The notes: generated by a model not told the origin, from the letters alone. 64,000 nucleotides of DNA from Bacteriovoracia bacterium (GCA_050246755.1 JBFWVL010000001.1:1248001-1312000); one strand, 5' to 3'. Positions 1 through 10,380 are shown, counted from the stretch's first letter. Made by a program: numbers and translations.

Positions 1-132
1 AAATTCTACGATTTTTTCTTTGCGCACGAAAAAAATAGGATCATCGGTATTTTCCGATACTACTTCCTCAATGGCATCGCCGTAACGGGCTTTGATCCTG
101 TCGATTTTTTCCTTCGGAAAATCCATCTTCAT
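1..132 (-). CDS. nuoC: NADH-quinone oxidoreductase subunit C (or CD), N-terminal part; runs off the left edge
   Basis: My translation [44 protein letters not shown]; ATGA overlap with the nuoB stop; position after nuoA-nuoB. Confidence 0.75.
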   Translation of the reverse strand, partial: MKMDFPKEKIDRIKARYGDAIEEVVSENTDDPIFFVRKEKIVEF

Positions 133-611
133 TGCAGCATCGCCTTACTTTTTTTAATTTTTTCCTGGAGCCGCATCACGCCGTGAATCACGCCCTCAGG
201 AGAGGGCGGGCAGCCGGGAATATAGATGTCCACCGGAATTACTTCATCCGCACCCTGCATAACACTGTAGGTATCGAAAATGCCGCCGGAAGAAGAACAA
301 GCGCCCATTGCGATCACCCACTTAGGATCGGCCATTTGCTCATAGAGAGTCTTGAGCACGGGGCCCATCTTCTCCGTGATCGTGCCGGCGATGATCATCA
401 TATCGCTCTGACGAGGAGAAAAGCGCACCACCTCGGCGCCGAAACGCGCAAGATCGTAGTCGGCCGAAAGCGTGGCCATCATCTCGATTCCGCAGCAGCT
501 CGTACCGAAAGGATAGGGCCAGAGAGAGTTGGCTCTCGCCCAATTTACAAAATCTTCCAGTCTAGTAGTTAAAACATCCGGTGCGCCGTCTTTTGGCATA
601 TCGCCCCCCAT
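129..611 (-). CDS. nuoB: NADH-quinone oxidoreductase subunit B (canonical)
   Basis: [34 protein letters not shown] and PGCPP motifs (N2 cluster ligands). Confidence 0.97.
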   Translation of the reverse strand: MGGDMPKDGAPDVLTTRLEDFVNWARANSLWPYPFGTSCCGIEMMATLSADYDLARFGAEVVRFSPRQSDMMIIAGTITEKMGPVLKTLYEQMADPKWVIAMGACSSSGGIFDTYSVMQGADEVIPVDIYIPGCPPSPEGVIHGVMRLQEKIKKSKAMLQ

Positions 612-636
612 TCAGGCCGCTTCTGCGGCCCAGAAA

Positions 637-999
637 CTATTCCCACTCGAGCCCGCCGCGGCGCCATTCGTATAAAAAGGCCACGGTAATCATGGTCATG
701 AAAAATAGCATTACGCCGAGGATGAAAAAGTTCACCCCGAGAAATTTCCGGTACGCGAGGGCCCACGGAAAGAGCAGGGCTACCTCCACATCGAATAATA
801 GAAAAGAAAGTGCCACGAGATAGAAGCGAACCGAAAAACGCTTTCTCGCGTCTCCACTAGGAGGTACGCCGCATTCGTATACGGAATTTTTGAATTTATT
901 AGGTCGCTTTGGTCCCAAGAGAGCCGCGCCGAAAATTACGGCGAACGAGATGCCTAACCCCACGAGAAACAAAAGCAAAACCGGAAAATACCCGGACAT
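637..999 (-). CDS. nuoA: NADH-quinone oxidoreductase subunit A (canonical)
   Basis: Three TM helices, YECG loop, FLLFDVE, C-terminal YEWRRGGLEW. Confidence 0.97.
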   Translation of the reverse strand: MSGYFPVLLLFLVGLGISFAVIFGAALLGPKRPNKFKNSVYECGVPPSGDARKRFSVRFYLVALSFLLFDVEVALLFPWALAYRKFLGVNFFILGVMLFFMTMITVAFLYEWRRGGLEWE

Positions 1000-1041
1000 G
1001 CTGCACCCCCTAATGTGTGCAAAAAATTTAGCATGTTGGAT

Positions 1042-2496
1042 TTATTTAAGAAAGACTTTTGCAGTTTCGAAAAGTAAGGCAAATACCCGATGCCAAAGGA
1101 ATCCAAGCGCGGCGAGAGCAACGATTGCGACGGCTAACGAGAGCCACTCCAACGCGCCGTACCGAAACAGAACAAGAGGCGCAGTGTTTGTCGACGACGA
1201 AGCGCGTTGGCGGAATAGTAAATCCGTTCCCACGCGAATGGAAATTAGCGAAAGGGTGGCCACCAGCAGTACTTCGGCCGCGAGGAAAAATAGGGATTTC
1301 TGTTCCATCATCGCCGCCAAAAGATTCAATGCCATGGGAAATCCAGGTAAACCAGGAATGCAAAGCGGGCTGGCGAGCGCCAATAATAGCAATAACCCCG
1401 AAGAGCGAAACGTGCGCGCGGCACCGTAGACATCTTTTAAATTTTCGCCGCCGGCACTTTCTTGAAATCGTCCCCAGTTAAAACCCAAAAGACTGGTCCA
1501 AACAAAAACCGAGGCAAAAGCATAGGTAATGGAGGATGCACTAAGTACGGTCGGCAATGCACCGGCCACTAAAATGGCCGACCACTGCGCGCCCACTAGG
1601 GCACTGAAAAGACGCTTTGAATTTTCCTGCGTGAGCGCCACTAGGGCCAGCCAAAAGCCACCGCTAAGCCCACAGAGCTGTAACGTGCGCAGTCCCTCGG
1701 AAACTTCCCCGGGCCGAGCCTTGCCAAAAACCTCCACTCCCATTTTCCACAAAGCGAGGGTAACCGTTCCCTGCCAGATCACGGAAAGGGTTACCACTAC
1801 CGGCCAGGGCATTCCTTGGTCGCGATCCACGTGCGCAAAGTGAAATGGAAAGAGTCCGGCGGCCATCACGAAGGGCAGGCAAAGCGCAAACACCACGAGA
1901 AGCGCGCTGAGGGAATAAATCGATTGCGCGTGAAGAAAAGAAGAGATCACATCATAGTGAACGCCGCCGGCGACCACGGCCAGAGCCGTAGCCGCGCCAA
2001 ACCCACCCGCCATTACCAGAGAAGCTTGAATCCAGTACTTCAAGACGGCTTCCCCTTCACCGCGACCCCGAAACGCCAGGCCGCCGAGGAAAAGAGATAA
2101 CCACGATCCGCAAACCAGAAGGATAATCGAAAGGGTCATCTGTCGGGAAAGCAGCAAGAGATCACAAAGCATTACCAGCGTGGAAAGCAGGAAAAGAACT
2201 TCGTGTTTTCTTTTTGCGGGTAACTCTTTGGTGGCCACAACGCCGCGCCCCAGGAGAAGGGCCGCCACGAAAAGAGCCGCACGCGGCAAACGGAAAAGCG
2301 GTTGATCTTCCAGAAGCCCGAACCAGATTTGGGACTGATCGGCCGATTGGCCCACGGCCAAGGTTGCCATTGCCGCCAAAAATCCGAGGCTTGAAAGAAA
2401 TTCAATCGCCGTGCGCGAGCGAGAACTGCGGTTAAAAAGCAGCGCCACTCCTTGCGCTAGCGTGGCTAATCCGACGACTAAAATCGATAAGGGCAT
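1042..2496 (-). CDS. nuoN: Divergent NuoN-like antiporter-type membrane subunit
   Basis: EAVLKY motif, FPFH, IPGLPGF, ~14 TM helices; last gene of the nuo-like operon; GAGGT RBS. Confidence 0.8.
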   Translation of the reverse strand: MPLSILVVGLATLAQGVALLFNRSSRSRTAIEFLSSLGFLAAMATLAVGQSADQSQIWFGLLEDQPLFRLPRAALFVAALLLGRGVVATKELPAKRKHEVLFLLSTLVMLCDLLLLSRQMTLSIILLVCGSWLSLFLGGLAFRGRGEGEAVLKYWIQASLVMAGGFGAATALAVVAGGVHYDVISSFLHAQSIYSLSALLVVFALCLPFVMAAGLFPFHFAHVDRDQGMPWPVVVTLSVIWQGTVTLALWKMGVEVFGKARPGEVSEGLRTLQLCGLSGGFWLALVALTQENSKRLFSALVGAQWSAILVAGALPTVLSASSITYAFASVFVWTSLLGFNWGRFQESAGGENLKDVYGAARTFRSSGLLLLLALASPLCIPGLPGFPMALNLLAAMMEQKSLFFLAAEVLLVATLSLISIRVGTDLLFRQRASSSTNTAPLVLFRYGALEWLSLAVAIVALAALGFLWHRVFALLFETAKVFLK

Positions 2497-2508
2497 GCCG
2501 ACCTCAAA

Positions 2509-3963
2509 CTAATTGCCATTTAATCCTTTCAGCAGGGCCGCCACCGATACTCCCATGGGCCCCAGAAGCAGGCTCGGCAAAACCCCTAAAACCAAAAGCA
2601 CCAGACCAAGCGGTGCAATCGCAAGAATCTCTTCCCAAACCAAGTCGTGAAACTCTCCGCGATCTCCATCACCGGCCCCGGCGTCGAGACGAAAAAACAT
2701 AATGCTCATCCCAGCAAAAGCAACCACCGGAACTGCTAGCGTAACCACGAGCAGCGGCCAGCTATGCACCCCGCTCAGCGACCAAATAACGAAAAGTACC
2801 CCGTAGAATCCAATGGAAACCGGCAGAAAGAGCGCAAAAAGGGAGGCCGCCGCCGTGCTGAGCGCAAAGGCAGGAAATTCACGGATTCTTTGGAGCGGTA
2901 AGGGGAATTTTCTTCTCTCGTGACAAGCAAGCACGAAGAGCATGAACGGAATAGAGAGCGTTTGGAAAAATAGGAGAATAAGAGAGCCGTGCCACCCTTT
3001 GGGATTTAAATTGAACAAGCCGATGGCGATGAACGAGCAAACGGTCTGCTGCAACCAAAATACGCGATCGCGCGCCTGGCGTGCGCCGAGAAAATTCAGC
3101 GCACAGTAAAGGGCGCCGATGGAGAAAAAGGCCAGAAGGTAATGGCCGAACCGCAAAAGCTCGCCGGGAAAAAGCTCCACCACGAAACGAGAGAGCAAAG
3201 TAAATCCCAGAAGCGGCTGCAGCGCTAGCGGCACCGCTTTTTCTACGGATTCCATTTCGAATATCCGGCGGGTGCTGCCGTGAAAGGGAAATATTCCGGC
3301 GCCGATCCCGAATGCCAGCAGCAATAATCCAAAGCCGATCGACCCCGGCAGTACCATATAGGTATCGCCCGATAGTCGGAACCACTCCCCGATGGAACCA
3401 CGGAATCCCTCCGAGAACGCCAGCACGCAAAGCAATAACGACAATGAAGCGATGGTAGAGAGAAAAGCCGCCTCGCGTACCGGCTCAATGCGATTTTCCT
3501 TTGCGTCTACCCCGGAAAATATAAATCGGGGGAGTAATGCGCCGGCAAAGAAAACAGAGAAAAGCAAAAGGTGATCAGCGCCTAGGGCACCGAGCACACA
3601 AGTCAAGTAGGCGGAAAGGCTGGCTACCGAGGCGCGGGATTTCTCGAGCATTCCCCTCGCCAGAAAGTGATAGCAAACGGTTACGGAAGAGACCGCTAGC
3701 GCCAATATTCCCGAATGAAATACCCAGCGGAGGCCCGTGTGATTCGACCAAGCGCTCTGGGCGAGAATCGCCGGAGAAAGCACGCTTCCGGCGTATTCGT
3801 TGGGCGAATAGAAGCCGATGGCCAAAAACAGAAAACAAACCCAAGAGAGAAGGTGCACCAACAACGAAAATGCCCAGAGCTTCTTCCCGCGCACGGGACC
3901 GCAAGCCGCCACCGTGACGAGCAGAGGCAAAAACGTAGCGATTAGTCCCGCCCAGCCTTTCAC
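2509..3963 (-). CDS. nuoM: Divergent NuoM-like antiporter-type subunit (second M copy)
   Basis: GIFPFH, LPVSIGFYG and NuoM-type C-terminus DLVWEEILAIAPL..LGVLP; GTG start at 3963 overlaps the upstream TGA. Confidence 0.75.
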   Translation of the reverse strand: MKGWAGLIATFLPLLVTVAACGPVRGKKLWAFSLLVHLLSWVCFLFLAIGFYSPNEYAGSVLSPAILAQSAWSNHTGLRWVFHSGILALAVSSVTVCYHFLARGMLEKSRASVASLSAYLTCVLGALGADHLLLFSVFFAGALLPRFIFSGVDAKENRIEPVREAAFLSTIASLSLLLCVLAFSEGFRGSIGEWFRLSGDTYMVLPGSIGFGLLLLAFGIGAGIFPFHGSTRRIFEMESVEKAVPLALQPLLGFTLLSRFVVELFPGELLRFGHYLLAFFSIGALYCALNFLGARQARDRVFWLQQTVCSFIAIGLFNLNPKGWHGSLILLFFQTLSIPFMLFVLACHERRKFPLPLQRIREFPAFALSTAAASLFALFLPVSIGFYGVLFVIWSLSGVHSWPLLVVTLAVPVVAFAGMSIMFFRLDAGAGDGDRGEFHDLVWEEILAIAPLGLVLLVLGVLPSLLLGPMGVSVAALLKGLNGN

Positions 3964-5303
3964 AGGATCCCCCCGGCCAGCTGCGTGGCCACGACAATGA
4001 AACACATCAGGAAAACTCCATACCCAGCGAAAGCGGCCGGGGCCGACTCGAGAGAGGATTCCGCTCCCGGCTCAGGAGGACGATCATCCACAAAAATTCT
4101 TCGGCAGATATGCACGTTGGCGCAGAAGTAAAAAAACCAAAGCAAGCCGAATACGATGCCGTAGCTGATACCGAGATCGAGGGAACGAGCGCCGATCCCA
4201 CTGAAAATCTGAAACACCGGGGTGCCGGGCACTCCGAGGATAAGCGCGAAAAGAATTCCCACGAAAACCTTCTGTAGCGGGCGCACCACTTTGACCACCG
4301 AAGCATAAAGTACTAGCCCGGTGAATACTGGTACGAAGAGACAGGTAAAGTACGCGGATAGTACTAAGCTTGTCTTCGAGACTCCCACCGAAACCAAAAT
4401 GAGCGAAAAGAAAAAACTCGGTAGGCTTCCCAGCATTTTTCGCCTGGATCCGGCCGCAAAAAGACCGCTGATAGAAAAGGCGCAGCCGGAGATTCCCAGT
4501 AGATACAAAGCCAGCTTCTGCTTCCACCCCATATCGGGATAAACCACAGAAAAAAGCGTGGATATCTTCAAGGCCACCGCGCTGATGAAGGTAACCAAGG
4601 TAACGGTTACGCCTTCCGGAAGATTTTCCACCGCCATACTGAACCATCGGGACCATGGCGGAAGCGGAATCGAGAGCACTACAAGGCCCAGCCAGATAAA
4701 TAAACCGAGCGAAGAACCGGAGCGGGGGCCGAATAGCATATCCTTCGCGCCGAATTCCACCACGCCCCATACAATCATCAGCAGTCCCAACAAGAAGTAG
4801 AGGCTATACATACGGCGGGAAATTCTATCTCCCATCTCACGACTGGCCCCGGCAATGGCAAAGCGAATTAGGTAGAAGAACACCGCCGCCGCCAGCAAAA
4901 GCAAACCCCCAGTAGCTACCGCGTTGTTAGAAATTATAAAAAGGCTGGTAAACGCCTGCGCCAGCGATAGCAGCACGCTTACCACTCGCAGGCCGCCCGC
5001 CACCGCCCCCATCGCATGGGCAAAAAGAAAGCAGAGTTCTGCGGTGAGCAAAAAACCAAGCCGGAAAGAATCAAGCGAGAGCACGAATTCGAGCGGATAA
5101 CCATCAGCAAGCGAGGTAGAAATTTCAATTACCGCTCCGCCAAATACAACCGGGCGTAAAAGCACGATGAGAAGTAGAGCGCGAAGGCTCGACGCGATGA
5201 TCCCCGGGGAAACGAGCCTTTTGTGAAATGCATTCGGCAAAGGTATCGCGGCGGCGAAGGGCAAAACTATATACAGTAAGAATATTAGCCGTTCTAAGCT
5301 CAT
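3960..5303 (-). CDS. Divergent NuoM/MrpD-like antiporter-type subunit (first M copy)
   Basis: LSLDSFRLGFLL (cf. GIDGISLL), IPLPPWSRW (cf. PLFPFHTW), LGVPGTPVF; ATGA overlap with the upstream gene. Confidence 0.65.
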   Translation of the reverse strand: MSLERLIFLLYIVLPFAAAIPLPNAFHKRLVSPGIIASSLRALLLIVLLRPVVFGGAVIEISTSLADGYPLEFVLSLDSFRLGFLLTAELCFLFAHAMGAVAGGLRVVSVLLSLAQAFTSLFIISNNAVATGGLLLLAAAVFFYLIRFAIAGASREMGDRISRRMYSLYFLLGLLMIVWGVVEFGAKDMLFGPRSGSSLGLFIWLGLVVLSIPLPPWSRWFSMAVENLPEGVTVTLVTFISAVALKISTLFSVVYPDMGWKQKLALYLLGISGCAFSISGLFAAGSRRKMLGSLPSFFFSLILVSVGVSKTSLVLSAYFTCLFVPVFTGLVLYASVVKVVRPLQKVFVGILFALILGVPGTPVFQIFSGIGARSLDLGISYGIVFGLLWFFYFCANVHICRRIFVDDRPPEPGAESSLESAPAAFAGYGVFLMCFIVVATQLAGGIL

Positions 5304-7048
5304 TTAGCCCCCAGGAGAAAGAGCACTCCGGCGAAAAGCGTGAGCACGGTTCCAAAAAACAAATAAAAGCGAATATTTCCGGAATGAAGAAAACGCATCA
5401 GCCGAGAAAGCGAGGATCCGTAAGCGAGAAAACCACCCGGAAATTTCTCGGCAAAGAGCATCCGATCCGTCTCTTGCAGGGCACTGGCAGCGCGAATATT
5501 TATGGTTCCAGCTCTAAGCGCAATCCAGTCCATTCCTTTTTCGGGCGCAAGCACGGCCGCCTGATTCCAGCGGACAACCGCAGGATCGATTCGCGGAAAA
5601 AGATCTTCCATTTTCTTTTCCTTATTGGCGCTCCAAATACTAAGGCGAGAATTAGCTCCAAGGAGCATACCCGCCAACCCTCCCACCAGCAGGGCGGCCC
5701 CGCGCACTACAAGGGAAATATCGGATAAGAAATCTATCGGGAACTGAAGCAGCCCGGACAACCCATCGTAGGCCCGGAATAGAGCGGCCAGTTGAATCAG
5801 GATAACCAGTGACGCGGGCAAAACCGCGGAAGCGAAAGTAAAATTATTTTCCTTCTCTTTGTTCTGCCGCAGAGAACCCACCAATGCCTTCACGGCCACC
5901 AGAGAAAGCAGAAAAGTGAGTATTCCCATGATGGCTATTTTCAAGATCGTTTCCCGATTCTCGGTATGCGCCGAAGGTACGCTCGTAAAAGGAACCACGC
6001 CGGAGATGATTCCCAGCAAAAACAGTGTGGCTAAGAATATGAGCGCCGTTCGCCACGCTTGGGCACTTTGGCGGGCGAAGCGGAGCAAAAGGCTTAGGGC
6101 GTAACAAGAAAGCAGGCCCATCGCTTCGAAGGCTCCCCAGCTTAATTCTTCCGGCTTTAAAGACGAGAAGCGCAGAAAGAGGATGTATCCAAAAATGCCG
6201 AATAACATCCAAAAGCTGGCGCTAAGCGTGGTGGAGGCGAGAAAAGACAAAGCCGAAAACAGTGCCGTGGCAACTGCAAATAGCGCCGAAAGCGGGATCC
6301 ATAATTCGCCCGACATGTCCTCGTGGATAACTCTACCCAGCAGAAAAAAGGCCGTACCCGCCTGAATCAACGCGAGCGGAACATAGCGCCACTCGCTGAA
6401 ATTATGCTTAGAAAGCATGAATGCCATCACGTAAAGCACCATGCCGAGCAGAACGACGGAGCTATTGGTAAAGAAGCTCGCCGCGGTGAGGCCGAGCATC
6501 GCGATCAATCCGAGAAATAAAAAACTATTTCGCTTAAAATAGGAAATTCTCTCGAGCTCGCCCTCTGTGCCGCCCATTTCTAGGCTGAAAGAATGCAAGA
6601 GGAAAACGGTGATTTCGATGAACATCAGCGAAAGGAGCGCGTTCTCGCTCAAGTAGGCGAGGGCCAGGAATAAGAACGAACCGCTTAGGAATAGAAAGCG
6701 CAGCGTACCCCTCGCGCCGCCGAAGGAAGAAGCGCCGTCGAACATGACCAAACCAAGCAAAACGGAGGCAGAAAGAAAAATCCAAACGTACCGCACCCAA
6801 TACATGAGTAACGACGGCTCAAAATAGCCGGAAGTGTCGGTGGAAAGGGGCAATAGAAATTCCATTTTCACCGGAAGCTCAAACTGAAAAATCCCGATTA
6901 GGGAGGCGAGCAGCATCGTGCCGAACAAAATAAGACCGCCACGCTTCTCGGAATCGGAACGGCGATCGCTCTTAAGCGCAAACAAAACCAGCGCCGCAAG
7001 CGGGGCGCAGAATATAAGCAGTGGCACTACGATATTCCCAAAATTCAT
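5300..7048 (-). CDS. Divergent NuoL-like subunit
   Basis: SENALLSLMFIE (TM5 Glu); amphipathic C-terminal helix ending RFLHSGNIRFY plus a final TM (cf. NuoL LQSG..Y); position after the K-like gene. Confidence 0.7.
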   Translation of the reverse strand: MNFGNIVVPLLIFCAPLAALVLFALKSDRRSDSEKRGGLILFGTMLLASLIGIFQFELPVKMEFLLPLSTDTSGYFEPSLLMYWVRYVWIFLSASVLLGLVMFDGASSFGGARGTLRFLFLSGSFLFLALAYLSENALLSLMFIEITVFLLHSFSLEMGGTEGELERISYFKRNSFLFLGLIAMLGLTAASFFTNSSVVLLGMVLYVMAFMLSKHNFSEWRYVPLALIQAGTAFFLLGRVIHEDMSGELWIPLSALFAVATALFSALSFLASTTLSASFWMLFGIFGYILFLRFSSLKPEELSWGAFEAMGLLSCYALSLLLRFARQSAQAWRTALIFLATLFLLGIISGVVPFTSVPSAHTENRETILKIAIMGILTFLLSLVAVKALVGSLRQNKEKENNFTFASAVLPASLVILIQLAALFRAYDGLSGLLQFPIDFLSDISLVVRGAALLVGGLAGMLLGANSRLSIWSANKEKKMEDLFPRIDPAVVRWNQAAVLAPEKGMDWIALRAGTINIRAASALQETDRMLFAEKFPGGFLAYGSSLSRLMRFLHSGNIRFYLFFGTVLTLFAGVLFLLGAK

Positions 7049-7063
7049 CCGTTAAAACTCCAG

Positions 7064-7384
7064 CTAATGCCGCAAACTATCTTCTTCATCCACATCCAGC
7101 GTTCCGCGAAATCGGCTACAGCGGTGCAATACCAGCAGACCCACCGCCACGAGCGCGGGAACCATTCCCAATGCCACTAACGAGAGCACGATGAGATCTC
7201 CGCCGCCGGAAGAAAAATATTGCGAGAATAAAAATCCACATGCCACCACGGCCTTAAGTGCGGTGGCCTGACCCACCAGCCCCCATGCCGCCACCCGGCG
7301 CAGCGCGATGGCCGAAAGGCCCGCCACAAATACGGCCAAGAGCAAGATCACGTTAATTTTGTTTGCCACCGAGGTTAAATCCAT
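7064..7384 (-). CDS. Divergent NuoK-like subunit (106 aa)
   Basis: Real start at the internal ATG 7384 (TAATG overlap); 3 TMs, GLSAIALRR and C-terminal RFRGTLDVDEEDSLRH typical of NuoK. Confidence 0.7.
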   Translation of the reverse strand: MDLTSVANKINVILLLAVFVAGLSAIALRRVAAWGLVGQATALKAVVACGFLFSQYFSSGGGDLIVLSLVALGMVPALVAVGLLVLHRCSRFRGTLDVDEEDSLRH

Positions 7385-7878
7385 TACCGCTCCCTCCGCA
7401 CAAGGAAGAATCCTCCGGTAACGATTACGATCAGGAAAAGCAGCGGAATCACCGCTAGCAGCCAGTCGGAGGTCCAGATTTTTTCGTGGAGCAGAGACAA
7501 ACTTGGCGCCGGCGTCACCCCCGGTGGCATCAACTCCTCGAGCTCCAAGATCGCCAGCGCGCCGGTGACCACCGAGCAAAGGCCTAGCCATAGGAAAAAC
7601 AGGCGATACAGCCAATCGGCACGGCGATTGCGGGCCGGGCGCGCGGGAAGCAGTTCTTGGGTGCGAAAATAAAGATAAATAGCGAAATCGGCCGAAAGAA
7701 ATACCGCAATCATCATAATCCCAAAGTATCCGCCACTCATGAGTTCTACGGCCGCGCCCAAGCCAATGGAGCAAAGAATAGATCCCCAGAGTAAACGTTC
7801 GGTGGAATCGGCGGTGATCGCCATAATCGCGGAAATCAATGCCAACGCCAAACAGCTGCCAACAAAAAATGAGATCAT
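7384..7878 (-). CDS. Divergent NuoJ-like subunit
   Basis: Five TM helices, 164 aa, position between I and K, ATGA overlap. Confidence 0.65.
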   Translation of the reverse strand: MISFFVGSCLALALISAIMAITADSTERLLWGSILCSIGLGAAVELMSGGYFGIMMIAVFLSADFAIYLYFRTQELLPARPARNRRADWLYRLFFLWLGLCSVVTGALAILELEELMPPGVTPAPSLSLLHEKIWTSDWLLAVIPLLFLIVIVTGGFFLVRRER

Positions 7879-8348
7879 CGTCTCACCTCGTAAGTACGAA
7901 TACGGGTGATGTCTTTATCGCTCTTCTGGCCGCCACCACGAAATACGGCGATTAAATCTTTCGTGCTCTCGGTAACGATTTCAAATTCTTTGGAATAGGA
8001 AAGGCTAGCCTCGGGACAGATCTCGATACAAACACCGCACGAAAAGCATTTTCCCAAATGAATATTGAATTCTTGCACGCGAATCGTACCGTCGCGCAGG
8101 TTCTCGGAAGTAAAATCAATTGCCTTCACCGGACAGGCCGGAACGCAAAGACCGCATCCACTGCACTTCGATAAATCATTGGTCACGTAGCCCTTATAGC
8201 TAGTGAACATGTCTAATGGGGCCTTGGCGGACACTAGGTCTGGATACTTTTCCACGACGCTTTTGTAACGATGCTTCGTACGGCGCAGAAAGCCGAAATT
8301 GATTTTCAGCGTGCTCTTGAGGGCGTTAATTACCTGCCTGACCTTCAT
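7875..8348 (-). CDS. nuoI: NuoI-like 2x[4Fe-4S] ferredoxin subunit
   Basis: CSGCGLCVPACP and CFSCGVCIEICP motifs, EKYPD; start at 8348 with ATGA overlap. Confidence 0.85.
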   Translation of the reverse strand: MKVRQVINALKSTLKINFGFLRRTKHRYKSVVEKYPDLVSAKAPLDMFTSYKGYVTNDLSKCSGCGLCVPACPVKAIDFTSENLRDGTIRVQEFNIHLGKCFSCGVCIEICPEASLSYSKEFEIVTESTKDLIAVFRGGGQKSDKDITRIRTYEVRR

Positions 8349-9280
8349 CCGCGCACCCCCACCCAAACGGCTTCGAGAAAGAATCCGATGAGACATAGAC
8401 GCAATAGCCAGCGGGCCGCCAATTCACTGGCGTCGGCCGAGCGAATCTTAGGAAAACTAGCCTGCAGAAGGGTGAACACGAATATTCCGGCCGCCACTTT
8501 CAGCGGAAAGAGAACTTTCACGATGAGCCCGCTGGCCCCTCCGCAAAAAACGTATACCCAGAAACAAATCAAAGAGAATACCCACATTTTCTGCACGAAA
8601 ATCGTGATGTATTGCATCGAGTGATTGAGGCTCTGCTCATCTTGCAGCTGCACTGGACTTTCCGTGGCGAAAAGGAAAATGGAGCAGAAGGCGGTTATGC
8701 CGCAAAGGAAAAGACCCGGACTGCTCAGCAGCGCGTGATAGGGGAAATAAATCTGAAAATCCGAAATCGCGCTCAAGTTGAGCTGACCCACCCTTAGGGT
8801 TACGGCGAAAACCGATAGCAGCAATCCCGAAACTCCCATCGCCCGAAGCAAAAGCCGGCGGCGGCGGTCGAAACGCTCGCGTGAATCGGCGGTGGCATGC
8901 ACCAGCAGCGCCTCTAAAGCGGCCGCGATCATCGGAAAAAGCAGCAGGAGTGGAAGATCAATTTGATCGCCGCCCTCCGGGTAAGTTACCGCCAGCAAAG
9001 CCAGCAGGAATACTATGGGAAGAATTCGCCAAACCAAGGAGGCGAGACGTATCCGAAACGGCAGGGCCAATAAATCCGCCGGCTTCTTTTTCCGGGTTTT
9101 CTGAAAATCTTTCCAGACCTGAAAAAAATCCGTTTGCCCATGCCGGCCGGGCCCGTCGCGATGCTGCACGCGAGCAGCGACGAAGCGTTCGCAAAAAAGA
9201 AGGAAGAAGGTTCCCCCAAAGAGAAAGAGTAGCGAGCCCACGAGCGCCGCCCCGGCGAGCAAGAAATCTAGCGCACTCAT
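8345..9280 (-). CDS. nuoH: Divergent NuoH-like subunit
   Basis: ERFVAARVQHRDGP, Q..KD..K and C-terminal ASFPKIR motifs of the NuoH/ND1 family. Confidence 0.8.
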   Translation of the reverse strand: MSALDFLLAGAALVGSLLFLFGGTFFLLFCERFVAARVQHRDGPGRHGQTDFFQVWKDFQKTRKKKPADLLALPFRIRLASLVWRILPIVFLLALLAVTYPEGGDQIDLPLLLLFPMIAAALEALLVHATADSRERFDRRRRLLLRAMGVSGLLLSVFAVTLRVGQLNLSAISDFQIYFPYHALLSSPGLFLCGITAFCSIFLFATESPVQLQDEQSLNHSMQYITIFVQKMWVFSLICFWVYVFCGGASGLIVKVLFPLKVAAGIFVFTLLQASFPKIRSADASELAARWLLRLCLIGFFLEAVWVGVRG

Positions 9281-10380
9281 TTGTCTACCTCCGAAAAGGA
9301 GATATCGAGCGAATGAATCACGAGGAAAGCGTCTTCCGCGTGAATTCCGCGCAGCAGGCGCGGCAGCACCTGAACCGCCATAGCCGAAGGGCAGAAAAAA
9401 CTTACTTGCGACGGCTGCGAACGGCCATCGGATTCAACCATCGCGTAGATAGCTCCGCGAGGGCCCTCCACGCCACAAACTGCTTTTCCGGGCGCCGGGC
9501 GCACGTCTAGACCCACCCGGATGCGGTGGTTACCCGAAGGAATATGGCGAAATACGGATTCGATGAGCTGAGCCGACTGCAAAATTTCCCGCTTGCGAAT
9601 GTGTGCGCGGTCGAACGCGTCTCCCAGATAATTCCTCGAGGTGTCTAGCATCATCTCTGTGCCACGATAAGCGCCGTAGGGGCGCGAAACCCGAAGATCG
9701 CAGTCCGCTAAGCCGCTCGCACGCGCGTTAGGACCAGTAATATTCCAATTTTTAACCATCGCCGCATCTAACTGGCCCAAACCCCGGGTGCGCTTTTCGA
9801 AAAACGGGTGCGTAAGGAGGGAGCTTTCTAGATCCGGCAAAAATTCTCTTAAGCTGGCCACGGCTTTTTCGATTTTAAAAAACCATCCGTCGGTGGCGTC
9901 GCTGATCACTCCACCAAGGCAAATAGAGCCGAAACCAAGGCGCGAACCGCAATACATCTCAAATATATCCGCGAAGCGCTCGCGTTCCCGGAGGCAGTGA
10001 TTCATGATCGCAGCCTGCCCGGCAGCCCTGGCCAAATTTCCGTAGTAATGAAGATGGCTGGCAATTCGGTTGAGCTCGAGCAGAATTAGGCGAATCTGCT
10101 CAGACCGAGCCGAGATTTCTATGCGCAGCAAGTCTTCGCAGGCCGAGGCAAGAGCGAAATTGAAGGCCGGAGCCGCGAGATAATCGAGGCGATCCATGTA
10201 ATTTAGGGCTTGGGCTAAAGGTAGCTGCAATGCGATCGCTTCCAGGCTACGGCGTCCATAACCCACGGTCATCCGGGCGTCGGCCACTAAGCCACCGTCT
10301 TCTTCGAGCTTCAGCCCGAAAGCACCGATTCCCTGCGTTCCCGCAAGATACATAGGAGTATAATCTAAAGTGGTCGCCAC
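9277..10380 (-). CDS. nuoD: Divergent NuoD-like (49 kDa) subunit
   Basis: DRLDY, ELNRIASHL, TGPNARASG, VEGPRG, SLDISFSEVDK; no NiFe CxxC motifs; probable GTG start at 10380. Confidence 0.85.
   Translation of the reverse strand: MATTLDYTPMYLAGTQGIGAFGLKLEEDGGLVADARMTVGYGRRSLEAIALQLPLAQALNYMDRLDYLAAPAFNFALASACEDLLRIEISARSEQIRLILLELNRIASHLHYYGNLARAAGQAAIMNHCLRERERFADIFEMYCGSRLGFGSICLGGVISDATDGWFFKIEKAVASLREFLPDLESSLLTHPFFEKRTRGLGQLDAAMVKNWNITGPNARASGLADCDLRVSRPYGAYRGTEMMLDTSRNYLGDAFDRAHIRKREILQSAQLIESVFRHIPSGNHRIRVGLDVRPAPGKAVCGVEGPRGAIYAMVESDGRSQPSQVSFFCPSAMAVQVLPRLLRGIHAEDAFLVIHSLDISFSEVDK

Noticed and set aside
7385-7774. N-terminal extension of the 236 aa ORF 7064..7774
   Set aside because: It overlaps the nuoJ-like gene out of frame; only the last 106 codons resemble NuoK
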